DNA of 64,000 nt from an uncultured Eubacteriales bacterium (GTDB taxonomy: Bacteria; Bacillota; Clostridia; Oscillospirales; CAG-272), in NCBI GenBank assembly GCA_934378145.1, contig CAKXXW010000002.1:10426-74425 (forward strand), in the 5' to 3' direction. Within the stretch, counting starts at the first letter, position 1. Every line of letters starts with the position of its first letter. The notes under the pieces were generated by a model. It had not been told where the DNA came from. It did no database searches and saw only the letters and a list, made by a program, of their open reading frames with translations. Shown in pieces: positions 29,302-38,998 of this stretch. Position numbers and translations under genes: made by a program.

Positions 29302-31308
29302 TTATGATCTCTCAAACTGATGGTCAAGCATATGCTTGGTCATCTCAAGTGCCACGGGTCTGCCGTGAGGGCAGAAGGTGATGTCGGGGATCCTCATAAG
29401 CTCGGCGACTATAGCGGCGGAATTTTCCTCCGGATATTCCCTTCCTGCCTTTATCGCCGCCTTGCACGATGCCTGATAAAGCGCCTTCTCAAAGGCCGTG
29501 TCCTTCGTTATATCGGCATTTCCGGTGTCGTCAAGGAGCCGTCCCGCCATTTCGGCGATCATATCGGCAGCTGCCTCGGTGCTTATACCGTCGGGGATCG
29601 CGGTGATGCTCACACTGCACCTTCCGGTCGTGAAGGAAAATCCGGTCGATTCTATTTCGACGCGGTACTGCTCAAGGATCTGCGCCTCGCTGCTGAGGAT
29701 CATTCTCTCGAGCGGGAGCATAAGCATCTGCTCGCAATGTTCGGCGTTCTTCATATTCGCCTTGAGCCGCTCGAAGATTATCCGCTCGTGTGCGGCGTGC
29801 TTGTCGATCATTATCATCTTCTCGCCCTGTTCCACTATAATGTAGGAATTGAAGACCTCTCCGACAAGGCGCCAATCCGAGCTTTGTTCCTTTGCTCCGA
29901 TGACCGCGACCGCGGGGGCTGACATGGGGGATGGTGCCGGTGTCGGCACGGGTGTAGGCGCAGGCGTCGGAGTCGGCACAGACACAGGGGTGGGCATCGG
30001 CGTCGGTACAGGTATCGGCACCGACATTCTCGGCTGTTCCGATACCCTCGGTACCTCCGGGGCCTTCGGCTGTTCTTTCGGAAGCGGAGCCGGGGCAACA
30101 GGAGCCTTAGAAGGTGTCGGTGAAGGCTTCATAGGTTCCGGAACCTTTTCCGGCTCAGCCTTCTTCGGCGTGTAGATATCATAGCTGAGCTGTCTTCCGT
30201 TCACCGAGCCGTCGCGACGGTCGGAGATAGGCTCGGTCACATCCGAAAGCCTTCTTCCGCCGACCTCGGCGCGTATCGGGTTCTGATACTGAGGCGGGAG
30301 CTTAAGCTCGGGGCGCGTGACATTCTGCTCGAGTGCCGCCCGCACTCCGTAATAGACCGCCTCGAATACCGGCTTTTCGTTCGAGAATTTCACCTCCAGC
30401 TTCGAGGGGTGGACATTCACATCGACAAGCGCCGGGTTTATCGCAATGTTGAGTATGCAGACGGGAAACCTTTCCTGCGGGATGTAGGAGATATACGCCT
30501 GCTCTATCGCCGCCTGTGCCGTGCGGCTCTTGACATATCTGCCGTTGATGAAGAAATTCTGGAAGTTTCTGTTGACCTTGCAGTTATCCGTCCTGCCGAT
30601 AAAGCCGGTGAGCCTTATCCCCTCGGTACTGCTGTCAACGGGAATGAGAGCTTTCGTGAATTCCCTGCCGAACACCGCGTAAACGGTGCTTTTGAGCTGA
30701 CCGTCGCCTGCGGTCTCAAGCCTTGTGTTTCCGTCGCAGATGAGGCGGAAGGCTATCTCGGGATGCGAAAGGGCGATCTTCTCCACGACGGCGGTTACCG
30801 CCATCGCTTCGGTCATATCCTTCTTAAGGAATTTACGGCGTGCCGGAACATTGGCAAAAAGGTTTTCGACAAAGACCGTCGTTCCGTTCTGCGCCGCGCG
30901 GTCGCCGATGCCGATGGTAACGCCGCCGGAAACCTCAAGCATGGCTCCGACCGACTGCTCCGCTGTCTTCGAGATTATCCTGACATCCGATACAGCCGCG
31001 ATCGCCGCGAGAGCCTCTCCGCGGAAGCCGAGCGTAATTATAGAATTGAGGTCGGACTCATCCTTTATCTTGCTCGTTGCGTGCCGCCTTACCGCGACAG
31101 GAAGATCCTCGCGGCTGATGCCCGAGCCGTTGTCGGTGACTCGCATGAGCGAAACTCCGCCGTTCTGGATCTCCACCGTGATGCGCGTCGCCCCCGCGTC
31201 TATCGAGTTCTCGACGAGTTCCTTTATGACCGAGGAAGGTCTGTCAACGACCTCACCCGCAGCGATAAGGTTCGCAACGGCAAACGACAGTACATTTATC
31301 TTTCCCAT
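29302..31308 (-). CDS. mutL: DNA mismatch repair endonuclease MutL
   Basis: GHKL ATPase N-domain (VVDRPSSVIKELVENSIDAG; GFRGEAL), long Pro-rich linker, and C-terminal dimerisation/endonuclease domain (DKHAAHERI..., CPHGRP). Confidence 0.95.
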   Translation of the reverse strand: MGKINVLSFAVANLIAAGEVVDRPSSVIKELVENSIDAGATRITVEIQNGGVSLMRVTDNGSGISREDLPVAVRRHATSKIKDESDLNSIITLGFRGEALAAIAAVSDVRIISKTAEQSVGAMLEVSGGVTIGIGDRAAQNGTTVFVENLFANVPARRKFLKKDMTEAMAVTAVVEKIALSHPEIAFRLICDGNTRLETAGDGQLKSTVYAVFGREFTKALIPVDSSTEGIRLTGFIGRTDNCKVNRNFQNFFINGRYVKSRTAQAAIEQAYISYIPQERFPVCILNIAINPALVDVNVHPSKLEVKFSNEKPVFEAVYYGVRAALEQNVTRPELKLPPQYQNPIRAEVGGRRLSDVTEPISDRRDGSVNGRQLSYDIYTPKKAEPEKVPEPMKPSPTPSKAPVAPAPLPKEQPKAPEVPRVSEQPRMSVPIPVPTPMPTPVSVPTPTPAPTPVPTPAPSPMSAPAVAVIGAKEQSSDWRLVGEVFNSYIIVEQGEKMIMIDKHAAHERIIFERLKANMKNAEHCEQMLMLPLERMILSSEAQILEQYRVEIESTGFSFTTGRCSVSITAIPDGISTEAAADMIAEMAGRLLDDTGNADITKDTAFEKALYQASCKAAIKAGREYPEENSAAIVAELMRIPDITFCPHGRPVALEMTKHMLDHQFERS
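29915..30165 (-). repeat. low-complexity Pro/Thr/Val-rich linker of MutL encoded by degenerate short repeats
   Basis: Protein reads PSPTPSKAPVAPAPLPKEQPKAPEVP...VPIPVPTPMPTPVSVPTPTPAPTPVPTPAPSP. The DNA shows reiterated GGYRYMGGC-like units. Confidence 0.8.
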
Positions 31309-31327
31309 CGGAAAACTCTCCTATCAC

Positions 31328-33922
31328 TCATTTAAGTCTTTTCTGAAGCGTATATAGGAATGTCATCGCCTCGTAGGGCGAAAGCGTGTTTATATCGACA
31401 GCCTTAAGCTCCTCTATCACCTGATCGCTTATGCAATCGTCGAAGCTGATGATGCTGTCGTCCTTTTCCTGTGCGCTGTCGTTCTTTGCCGTACTCGTCG
31501 TAAGCTCCTTAGAGCTTTTCTCGACGGCGGCAAGTATCTCGCGGGCGCGCTTCACGACCTCGTTCGGAAGTCCGGCGAGCTTTGCGACCTCAATACCGTA
31601 ACTGTCGTCGGTCGAGCCGCGCACTATCTTGCGCAGAAATGTTATGCTGTCGCCGCGCTTCTTCGCGGCGATATTGTAGTTCACGATGCCCGGAAATTCA
31701 TCCTCGAGTCCCGTCAGCTCGTGATAATGTGTGGCAAAGAGAGTCCTTGCACCTATCTTTTTGCCGTAGGTGTATTCGATGATCGCGCGGGCTATGCTCA
31801 TACCGTCGAAGGTGCTTGTCCCGCGTCCCACTTCGTCGTAAATTATGAGACTGCGTGAGGTCGCGTTTTTGAGTATGTATGCCACCTCGGTCATCTCGAC
31901 CATAAAGGTCGACTGTCCCGAAGCGAGATCGTCGGAAGCCCCGACCCTTGTGAATATCTTGTCGACGATGCCGATCCTCGCCTCGTTTGCCGGGACATAG
32001 GAGCCTATCTGCGCCATAAGCACGATAAGCGCCACCTGCCGCATATAAGTCGATTTACCCGCCATATTCGGTCCGGTTATCAGCATCAGTCTGTTTTTGT
32101 CTGAATCAAGGAGCGCGTCGTTCGGGACGAAGTATGAGTCCTTCACAAACTGCTCGACGACGGGGTGCCTGCCGTCTTTTATTTCTATTTTATCGGATGT
32201 GTCGACCTCGGGGCGCACATAGCGGTTCCTCGATGCGACGGTCGCGAGCGAGCGATAACAGTCGAGCTCGGCAAGAAGCCCGGCAACACGCAGAACTCTC
32301 TGCGAATTGTCCGAGACGAATGACCGGACCTCCTGAAACAGCTCGTACTCAAGGCTGTTGATCTTGTCCTCGGCACCGAGGATCGTAGCCTCAAGATCTT
32401 TCAGTTCCTGGGTTATGTAGCGCTCGCTGTTGGCAAGCGTCTGTTTTCTTATGAAACGATCGGGTACCTGATTCATAAAGGACTTCGATACCTCTATGTA
32501 GTATCCGAACACGCGGTTGAAGCCTATTTTAAGGGTCTTTATACCGGTCTTTTCCTTTTCTTCCTCGCCGATCTTATCGACCCAGCCCTTGCCGTTGTGC
32601 ATGACCGAGCGGAGACGGTCGACATCGGCATTGTAGCCGTCGCGGATGACTCCGCCCTCTCTCACAAGGAACGGGGGATCGTCGACTATCGCCGCATCGA
32701 TCTTATCGCGGACATCATCAAGAGTGTCAAGTCCGCCGTATATCCTTTTCAGCTCGGGGTCTTTACATTCCGCGAGCATCGTGCGAAGCTCGGGAAGCGC
32801 TTTCAGGGTATTGCAGACCGCGCGGAGATCCTTGCCCCCCGCAGTGCCGTAAACTATCCTTGTCATAAGCCTCTCAAGGTCAAGCACACGGGACAGCGCC
32901 TCGCCCATTTCCTCACGAAGCATATAATTGTCAAAAAGCTCACCGACGGCTCCCTGCCGCCTCAGTATAAGAGATTGTGTACGGAGCGGATGCTCGAGCC
33001 ACGAGCGCAGAAGGCGCGCTCCCGGAGCCGTCTCCGTCCTGTCTATCACCCAGAGGAGCGAGCCTTTTTTCTCCTTGCTCCTCATGGTCTCGGTCAGCTC
33101 AAGGTTCCGGCGGGTGTTCACATCAAGCTCGACGAACTGCCCGCCCGTGTAGATCTCAAGCTCCTTTATGTACGGCACATCCGATCGCTGCATATCGGAA
33201 ATATATCCGAGAAGCGCCCCGACCGCCGAAGTAAGCTCACGGTCGTCGGTAACGCCGTCGCGAAGGCTCTTTCCGAAGCGTTCGGCGACTCTTTCGCGAG
33301 CCGAGTCATATTCGAATCTTCCCGGCTGATTGCCCGAGATCATGGCGCCTATACGGTCGCGTATGAAATCGGCAAGGTCGCCAAGCTTGTCCTCCGAAAG
33401 ATTCGTTACCACCTCCCTCGGAGAGAAGGTCGCCAGCTCGTTTCTGATCCTGTCGCCCTTCTCGTCCGGGAAAGAGGTCGCGCATATCTTCGCCGTCGAA
33501 ATGTCGCAGAAGCATACGCCGGTGCGGTCGATGCCGAAGAATACCGCGCAGATATAGTTGTTTACATTTTCCTTGAGGAGGTCGCTCTCAAGCAGCGTTC
33601 CGGGAGTTATCACACGGATTATATCGCGCTTCACGAGTCCCTTTGCGAGCGCCGGATCCTCCATCTGCTCGCAGATGGCGACCTTGAAGCCCTTGTCGAT
33701 GAGCTTTCCGATATATATCTCCGCCGCGTGATAAGGCACCCCGCACATCGGGGCGCGCTCAGCCTCGCCGCAATCCCTGCCGGTAAGGGTCAGGTCAAGC
33801 ACGCGCGAAGCCGTTATCGCATCGTCAAAGAACATCTCGTAAAAGTCACCGAGACGGTAAAAGAGGATGTAATCCTTATACTGATTCTTTATCTCAAAAT
33901 ACTGCTCCATCATCGGAGTCAT
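31328..33922 (-). CDS. mutS: DNA mismatch repair protein MutS
   Basis: MTPMMEQYFEIKNQY N-terminus with the mismatch-binding GDFYEMFF motif and Walker A GPNMAGKST. Confidence 0.96.
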   Translation of the reverse strand: MTPMMEQYFEIKNQYKDYILFYRLGDFYEMFFDDAITASRVLDLTLTGRDCGEAERAPMCGVPYHAAEIYIGKLIDKGFKVAICEQMEDPALAKGLVKRDIIRVITPGTLLESDLLKENVNNYICAVFFGIDRTGVCFCDISTAKICATSFPDEKGDRIRNELATFSPREVVTNLSEDKLGDLADFIRDRIGAMISGNQPGRFEYDSARERVAERFGKSLRDGVTDDRELTSAVGALLGYISDMQRSDVPYIKELEIYTGGQFVELDVNTRRNLELTETMRSKEKKGSLLWVIDRTETAPGARLLRSWLEHPLRTQSLILRRQGAVGELFDNYMLREEMGEALSRVLDLERLMTRIVYGTAGGKDLRAVCNTLKALPELRTMLAECKDPELKRIYGGLDTLDDVRDKIDAAIVDDPPFLVREGGVIRDGYNADVDRLRSVMHNGKGWVDKIGEEEKEKTGIKTLKIGFNRVFGYYIEVSKSFMNQVPDRFIRKQTLANSERYITQELKDLEATILGAEDKINSLEYELFQEVRSFVSDNSQRVLRVAGLLAELDCYRSLATVASRNRYVRPEVDTSDKIEIKDGRHPVVEQFVKDSYFVPNDALLDSDKNRLMLITGPNMAGKSTYMRQVALIVLMAQIGSYVPANEARIGIVDKIFTRVGASDDLASGQSTFMVEMTEVAYILKNATSRSLIIYDEVGRGTSTFDGMSIARAIIEYTYGKKIGARTLFATHYHELTGLEDEFPGIVNYNIAAKKRGDSITFLRKIVRGSTDDSYGIEVAKLAGLPNEVVKRAREILAAVEKSSKELTTSTAKNDSAQEKDDSIISFDDCISDQVIEELKAVDINTLSPYEAMTFLYTLQKRLK

Positions 33923-33971
33923 AAGAGCTACCTCCGTCCCTTAAAAGAAATTTTCGGTCGTCCGAAAAGAC

Positions 33972-34364
33972 TCAGTGGTGGCAATCGCCGCCGCAGCATG
34001 AGCAGTCATGCGAGCAGGACTGCGGAAGTTCGCCGGTGATATTGTAGGTGATGATATTGTTGACGCTCTCCATAAGCTCGTTCACGGCGCTCTGCGCATC
34101 GCTGAGTCTTCCGAACACCTCGCTGTTGAGTATCAGCTTGTAAAGCTCGTCGACTCTTCCCTGCATCTTCGCGATGAGAAGTCTGTCGGGATTTGCCTGT
34201 CCTGCCTGCTCCTGCAGAGCCTGCTGCTGTACCTCGTATTCGCGGAGCCATGTCTGAAGGTCCGTGTCGGCGTCAAAAGCGTCGCGCGCCGCGTTCAGTT
34301 CGGCTATCCTCTTGTCTTCTTTGATCGTTTTGCCGAGTTCTGCGGCAAGTTCTTCGATGGTCAT
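33972..34364 (-). CDS. YlbF/YmcA-family regulatory protein with a Cys/His-rich C-terminal tail
   Basis: Helical YlbF-like body (DAFDADTDLQ..., LIAKMQGRVDELYKLI) ending in SCSHDCSCCGGDCHH. Confidence 0.7.
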   Translation of the reverse strand: MTIEELAAELGKTIKEDKRIAELNAARDAFDADTDLQTWLREYEVQQQALQEQAGQANPDRLLIAKMQGRVDELYKLILNSEVFGRLSDAQSAVNELMESVNNIITYNITGELPQSCSHDCSCCGGDCHH

Positions 34365-34384
34365 TGGTTTGTTCTCCTTTATAA

Positions 34385-35800
34385 TTATTTTTTTATTATT
34401 TCTCCGTAAAGATTGAATGTCTCGGCGCGCGTGATCCTCACATCGGTAAAATGTCCCGCAAGTGACGGATCGCCGCCGAATATGACTATTTTGTCCTGCT
34501 CCGTGCGTCCCTCGAGCATATCTCCGTTTCCGTGGCTCACGCCGTCGCAGAGTACGCGAAGTTCCGCGCCCTCAAGTATCTTATTCTTTTCGAGCGAGAT
34601 CTCATTCTGAAGCGCGACGAGCCTCTCAAAGCGGCTGTTCTTGACCTCGTCGGGTATCTTATCCGGCATTTCCGCCGCGGGCGTGCCGCTTCTCGGCGAG
34701 TAAATGAAAGAAAAGATACGGTCGTATCTGATCTTACGCAGAGCCTCGAGCGTTGCCTCGAAATCCTCCTCGGTCTCCCCCGGGAAGCCGACGATTATGT
34801 CGGAGGTCACCGACACGCCGGGGATCCTCTCGCGCAGGTAGGCGAGCTTGTCCGTATATTCCCCGAAGGTATAATGCCTGTTCATACGCCTGAGTATCCT
34901 GTCGCTGCCGGATTGGAGCGGAAGGTGGAGCTGCTTTGCTATCTTTTTCTCTTCGGCGATCGCGTCGATAAGCTCGCGCGTCGCGTCCTTCGGATGACTT
35001 GTCATAAAGTGCAGGACAAAGTCCCCGTCAAGAGAGGCGAGCCTTCTCAGAAGCTGCGGGAAGGTGCAGTCAAAGCCACTCCCCTTGCCGTAAGAATTGA
35101 CATTCTGCCCGAGAAGGGTTATATCGCGGTAGCCGTCGGCAATAAGTCCCCTGACCTCGGCTTCTATATCCTCCGGACGGCGGCTGCGCTCGCGTCCGCG
35201 GACATACGGCACTATACAGTATGTACAGAAATTGTTACATCCGTACATCACCGACACCCACGCGCGGTAGGACGATTCGCGCCTTACCGGAACATCCTCG
35301 GCAATATCGGGCTGTTCGGGTTCGGTCGCAAAGCTCCGCTTTCCCCCGCGAAGGCGATCGAGCAGCATCCCCGGGAAAAGATGCAGCGATCCGGGCGGAA
35401 AGGTTATATCGACATAAGGATAGCGCATCTTAAGCTCGGTGCGGCGCTTTTCCTGCCCCACCATACAGCCGCAGACGGCGATCACAAGCGAAGGATCCTT
35501 CTCTTTTATGTGCTTGTACTGACCGATTATCGAGAGAGTCTTTCTCTCTGCGTGTTCACGCACGGCACAGGTATTCACGATTATGAGATCGGCGTCGTCC
35601 GGCACCTCGGTCTTAATGTACCCCATAAGCTCGGCAAGCCCCGCGAGTCTTTCGCTGTCAGCCTCATTCTGCTGACATCCGAAAGTCCGCACATAATATC
35701 TGAAAAGCCTTCCGTCACCCGCCACCGCGCGAAGGAGCGTTCTGACCTCCCCCGCGGCAAATGAGGCGCGGTCGTTCAGCATACTGATTATTTCCGACAT
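34385..35800 (-). CDS. miaB: tRNA (N6-isopentenyl adenosine(37)-C2)-methylthiotransferase
   Basis: UPF0004 N-domain (TFGCQQNEADSE), radical-SAM CNNFCTYC motif, and TRAM C-domain. Start at MSEIISML..., downstream of the consensus promoter. Confidence 0.92.
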   Translation of the reverse strand: MSEIISMLNDRASFAAGEVRTLLRAVAGDGRLFRYYVRTFGCQQNEADSERLAGLAELMGYIKTEVPDDADLIIVNTCAVREHAERKTLSIIGQYKHIKEKDPSLVIAVCGCMVGQEKRRTELKMRYPYVDITFPPGSLHLFPGMLLDRLRGGKRSFATEPEQPDIAEDVPVRRESSYRAWVSVMYGCNNFCTYCIVPYVRGRERSRRPEDIEAEVRGLIADGYRDITLLGQNVNSYGKGSGFDCTFPQLLRRLASLDGDFVLHFMTSHPKDATRELIDAIAEEKKIAKQLHLPLQSGSDRILRRMNRHYTFGEYTDKLAYLRERIPGVSVTSDIIVGFPGETEEDFEATLEALRKIRYDRIFSFIYSPRSGTPAAEMPDKIPDEVKNSRFERLVALQNEISLEKNKILEGAELRVLCDGVSHGNGDMLEGRTEQDKIVIFGGDPSLAGHFTDVRITRAETFNLYGEIIKK

Positions 35801-35837
35801 AGTATCTCCGAAACAAGAAAAATATAAGCAATATAAT

Positions 35838-35866
35838 ATTATACTATACCTGTCGTGTTTTGTCAA
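35838..35866 (-). promoter_or_regulatory. consensus sigma-A promoter for the miaB-ylbF-mutS-mutL array
   Basis: Minus strand: TTGACA, 17 nt, TATAAT. Confidence 0.65.
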
Positions 35867-35923
35867 CCGCGCATATGCAATAATAATCTTTTTGCCGTGC
35901 AGTGCAATATAGGGCGGTTTGAC

Positions 35924-35952
35924 TTGACATATCCGCCCGCCGATGATATAAT
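35924..35952 (+). promoter_or_regulatory. consensus sigma-A promoter for the metal-exporter/pdxK/CDF operon
   Basis: TTGACA, 17 nt, TATAAT, about 40 nt before the TTG start at 35994. Confidence 0.65.
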
Positions 35953-35993
35953 ATAACTTAATTCATTTTACGAATCAACGGAGCAACGAAAAA

Positions 35994-36923
35994 TTGACTG
36001 AATTTTTATCCGAGGTCGTCCTCGACTGTATCATAGACTCTGTAAAGCTCTTCCCTTTTATATTTCTGACCTATCTCGTGATGGAGATCATAGAGCATAA
36101 AGCCAGTAAAAAGCTCGAAAGCGCCGCAAGCAAGGCGGGACGGCTCGGGCCTCTCTTCGGTGGGCTGCTCGGTGCGATCCCTCAGTGCGGATTCTCCGCC
36201 GCCGCGGCGGGGCTTTATTCCGGAAGGCTGATAAGCGTCGGAACGCTTCTTGCGATATTCCTGTCGACATCGGACGAAATGATCCCGGTGATGCTTTCGT
36301 CCGCGGTCGTGCAGAAGGCGGGATGGACGGTTCCGCTCAAACTGCTCGCGGTAAAGGTCGTCTGCGCCGTGATAGCCGGTTTTGCCGTCGACCTTGTCAT
36401 CGGACTTGCCGGAAAAAACAAAACCGCCGCCGTTTCCGATGAGCCGGAAGAAGAGATATGTGAGATGTGCGAACACGATCACTGTAAGTGCGGAGAACAC
36501 GGAGTTTTTCTCTCGGCTCTGATCCATTCGGCGAAGATCCTCGGCTTCATCGCCGCCGTGATGTTTGCCGTCGGCACGGCGATATTCATCCTTGAGCAGA
36601 ACGGCATCGACAAGGAGGCCATCGGCGGATTCATAAAGGGTCTGCCCGTCCTCGGAGAATTTATCACGGGTCTTATCGGACTTATCCCGAACTGTGCGGC
36701 ATCGGTCATACTCACCGAGCTTTACGCCGAGGGCGTAATAAATGCCGGGCAGGCACTCTCGGGGCTTTTCGCCGGAGCGGGAGTCGGAGTGCTTATACTC
36801 TTCCGCACCAACCGCGGAAGACTGCGCGAAAATATGCTTATACTTCTGACACTCTATCTTACGGGAGTCGGCTTCGGACTTCTGTTCAATCTCACGGGGC
36901 TTGCGGGACTTCTCGGCCTCTGA
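35994..36923 (+). CDS. polytopic membrane protein of the putative 10-TM heavy-metal/arsenic efflux (ArsP_2-like) family
   Basis: N-terminus DSVKLFPFIFLTYLVMEIIEH and GAIPQCGFSAAAAGLY resemble that family (from memory). His/Cys-rich central loop CEMCEHDHCKCGEH. TTG start 10 nt after GGAG. Confidence 0.55.
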   Translation: MTEFLSEVVLDCIIDSVKLFPFIFLTYLVMEIIEHKASKKLESAASKAGRLGPLFGGLLGAIPQCGFSAAAAGLYSGRLISVGTLLAIFLSTSDEMIPVMLSSAVVQKAGWTVPLKLLAVKVVCAVIAGFAVDLVIGLAGKNKTAAVSDEPEEEICEMCEHDHCKCGEHGVFLSALIHSAKILGFIAAVMFAVGTAIFILEQNGIDKEAIGGFIKGLPVLGEFITGLIGLIPNCAASVILTELYAEGVINAGQALSGLFAGAGVGVLILFRTNRGRLRENMLILLTLYLTGVGFGLLFNLTGLAGLLGL

Positions 36924-36945
36924 AAAAGAAAAGGAGGAAGACCTT

Positions 36946-37809
36946 ATGCCCTCATCGGAAAGAATCCTGCGGGTCGCCGCGATCCACGATATGTCCTGCT
37001 TCGGCAGGTGCGCGCTGACCGTTGTCATCCCCGTGCTGTCGGCTATGGGGATACAGGTCGTGCCTGTACCGACTGCGCTTCTCTCTACCCACACGGGCGG
37101 CTTTGAAGACCTTTATTTCCGCGATCTTACCGACGATATGACAGAGATCGGAGATCACTTCTCGCGCCTCGGACTTGAATTCGACGCGATATATACCGGT
37201 TTTCTCGGAAGCGAGCGGCAGATCTCGGTCGTATCGGACTTTCTCGACAGATTCGGAAAGAAGAGCTGCCTTCGGTTCGTTGACCCCGTGATGGGCGACG
37301 ACGGCGCGCTTTATTCAACATACAATGACAGCCTTGCCGCCGGAATGAAACACCTTTGCGAAAAAGCCGATATAATAACCCCTAACCTCACCGAAGCATG
37401 CTACCTTACCGGCACCGAATACAGGGACACCGGAAAAATGAGCGAAAACGACGCCGCGGATCTCGCGGCGAAGGTATGCCGGAAGCTCGGGGACCTGACC
37501 GACGCAGACATAGTCATAACGGGCATAGACACCGTCGAAGGAAAGGTCGGCTGCTACTGCTATACCGAAGAGTGCGGGCGATTCTTCTCGCGCCCGAAGG
37601 TCGGAGCCGGCTACCCGGGGACGGGCGAGCTTTTCGCATCGGTAATGCTCGGAAGGCTGCTCAAAAGGAAGAGCTTCCTTTCCTCGGCGGAATATGCGGC
37701 TGACTTTACGCGCCGTGCCGTGGAGTATTCACTTGACTTTTCATCGCCCGTGCGGGAGGGCGTGATCTTCGAGCCTCTGCTCGGGGATCTCGCGAATAAA
37801 AATGACTGA
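36946..37809 (+). CDS. pdxK: pyridoxal/pyridoxamine kinase
   Basis: RILRVAAIHDMSCFGRCALTVVIPVLSAMG...VPTALLSTHTGGF is typical of the PdxK/PdxY ribokinase-like family. Start set at the Met after the upstream stop region. Confidence 0.8.
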   Translation: MPSSERILRVAAIHDMSCFGRCALTVVIPVLSAMGIQVVPVPTALLSTHTGGFEDLYFRDLTDDMTEIGDHFSRLGLEFDAIYTGFLGSERQISVVSDFLDRFGKKSCLRFVDPVMGDDGALYSTYNDSLAAGMKHLCEKADIITPNLTEACYLTGTEYRDTGKMSENDAADLAAKVCRKLGDLTDADIVITGIDTVEGKVGCYCYTEECGRFFSRPKVGAGYPGTGELFASVMLGRLLKRKSFLSSAEYAADFTRRAVEYSLDFSSPVREGVIFEPLLGDLANKND

Positions 37810-38971
37810 ACTGCTTTGCAAACTCTTTATAAAGGACAGGAGCAATACCTCGTCGCCCGAGGTCCACAAACGCTACGGGACGATGGTGAGTATCGTTGCG
37901 ATAATAATAAACGCCCTGCTCTTTGCATCAAAACTCATAATAGGAAAAAAGATAGGCTCGGTCGCGGTATGCGCCGATGCCATGAATAACCTTGCCGATG
38001 CGGGGTCGTCGGTCATCTCCTTTGTGAGCTTCCGTATCGCGGCAAAGCCCGCGGACCGCAAACACCCCTTCGGTCACGCAAGGATCGAATATGTCACCTC
38101 GATGCTCGTGTCCTTCCTCGTTCTCCATACCGCCATCGACATAGTGACAGAATCCTTCGGCAAGCTCTTCTCGGGCGGAGAGGCGACCGGGACGCATCCG
38201 GCGGTCTTCGTGATACTCGGTGCGGCGATACTTCTGAAGCTCTGGCTTTGCCTTTTCAACAGAAAAATAGGCAAAAAGATAAATTCCCCGATAATGAAGG
38301 CAAATTCGGCAGACAGCCTCTCGGATGCTCTGTCGACCGCGGCAGTCCTCGGCTCGGCGGTGCTTATGTACTTCTTCCCCGCGATATGGCAGGCGGATGC
38401 GGTCATGGGTCTTATCGTCGGCGTGCTGATCTTCGTTTCGGGCATAAAGATATTCAACGCGGCAAAGAACGCGATCCTCGGCGAGGCTCCCGACGGCAGC
38501 ATAGAGGAGTCGATCGCCGCCGTGATCTCGGAATACCCCGACGCGCTCGGCTATCACGATCTCTTCATACACAATTACGGCCCCGGAAGATGCATAGTCT
38601 CACTTCATATCGAGGTCGACGGCGCGACCGATGTTTTCAGATCGCACGATATGATCGACAACATCGAAAAGGAGCTTCGCGAAAAGTACGGCTATGTCGC
38701 AACAGTCCACATGGATCCCATCGTGACCGATAACGAACGCATAAACGAGCTTCACAAAAGGATAGAAGCCGCCGTTTCCTCGATAGACGGACAGCTGAAA
38801 ATACACGATTTCCGTTTTGTCGAGGGTGAGACTCACACTAACCTCATCTTTGATGTTTCGGCACCCTTTGAACTGAAAATGACCGATGAAGAGATCGCCG
38901 AACGCGTAAAAAAAGCAGTCTCGTCCATCGGAGAAAATTACTTTGCGGTCATAACGGTCGACCGCTGCTAA
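37802..38971 (+). CDS. cation diffusion facilitator family transporter
   Basis: Six-TM CDF core (NALLFASKLIIG..., ADAMNNLADAGSS, HARIEY) and C-terminal cytoplasmic domain (HDLFIHNYGPGR..., VHMDP). Confidence 0.88.
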   Translation: MTELLCKLFIKDRSNTSSPEVHKRYGTMVSIVAIIINALLFASKLIIGKKIGSVAVCADAMNNLADAGSSVISFVSFRIAAKPADRKHPFGHARIEYVTSMLVSFLVLHTAIDIVTESFGKLFSGGEATGTHPAVFVILGAAILLKLWLCLFNRKIGKKINSPIMKANSADSLSDALSTAAVLGSAVLMYFFPAIWQADAVMGLIVGVLIFVSGIKIFNAAKNAILGEAPDGSIEESIAAVISEYPDALGYHDLFIHNYGPGRCIVSLHIEVDGATDVFRSHDMIDNIEKELREKYGYVATVHMDPIVTDNERINELHKRIEAAVSSIDGQLKIHDFRFVEGETHTNLIFDVSAPFELKMTDEEIAERVKKAVSSIGENYFAVITVDRC

Positions 38972-38998
38972 AAACGCAAGAAAGGAACGGTCGTAAAA

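Noticed and set aside
29915-30165. Reiterated GC-rich short units that could be mistaken for a repeat array
   Set aside because: They lie in frame inside mutL and encode its Pro/Thr/Val linker. There is no spacer-repeat periodicity, so this is not a CRISPR array or an intergenic repeat.
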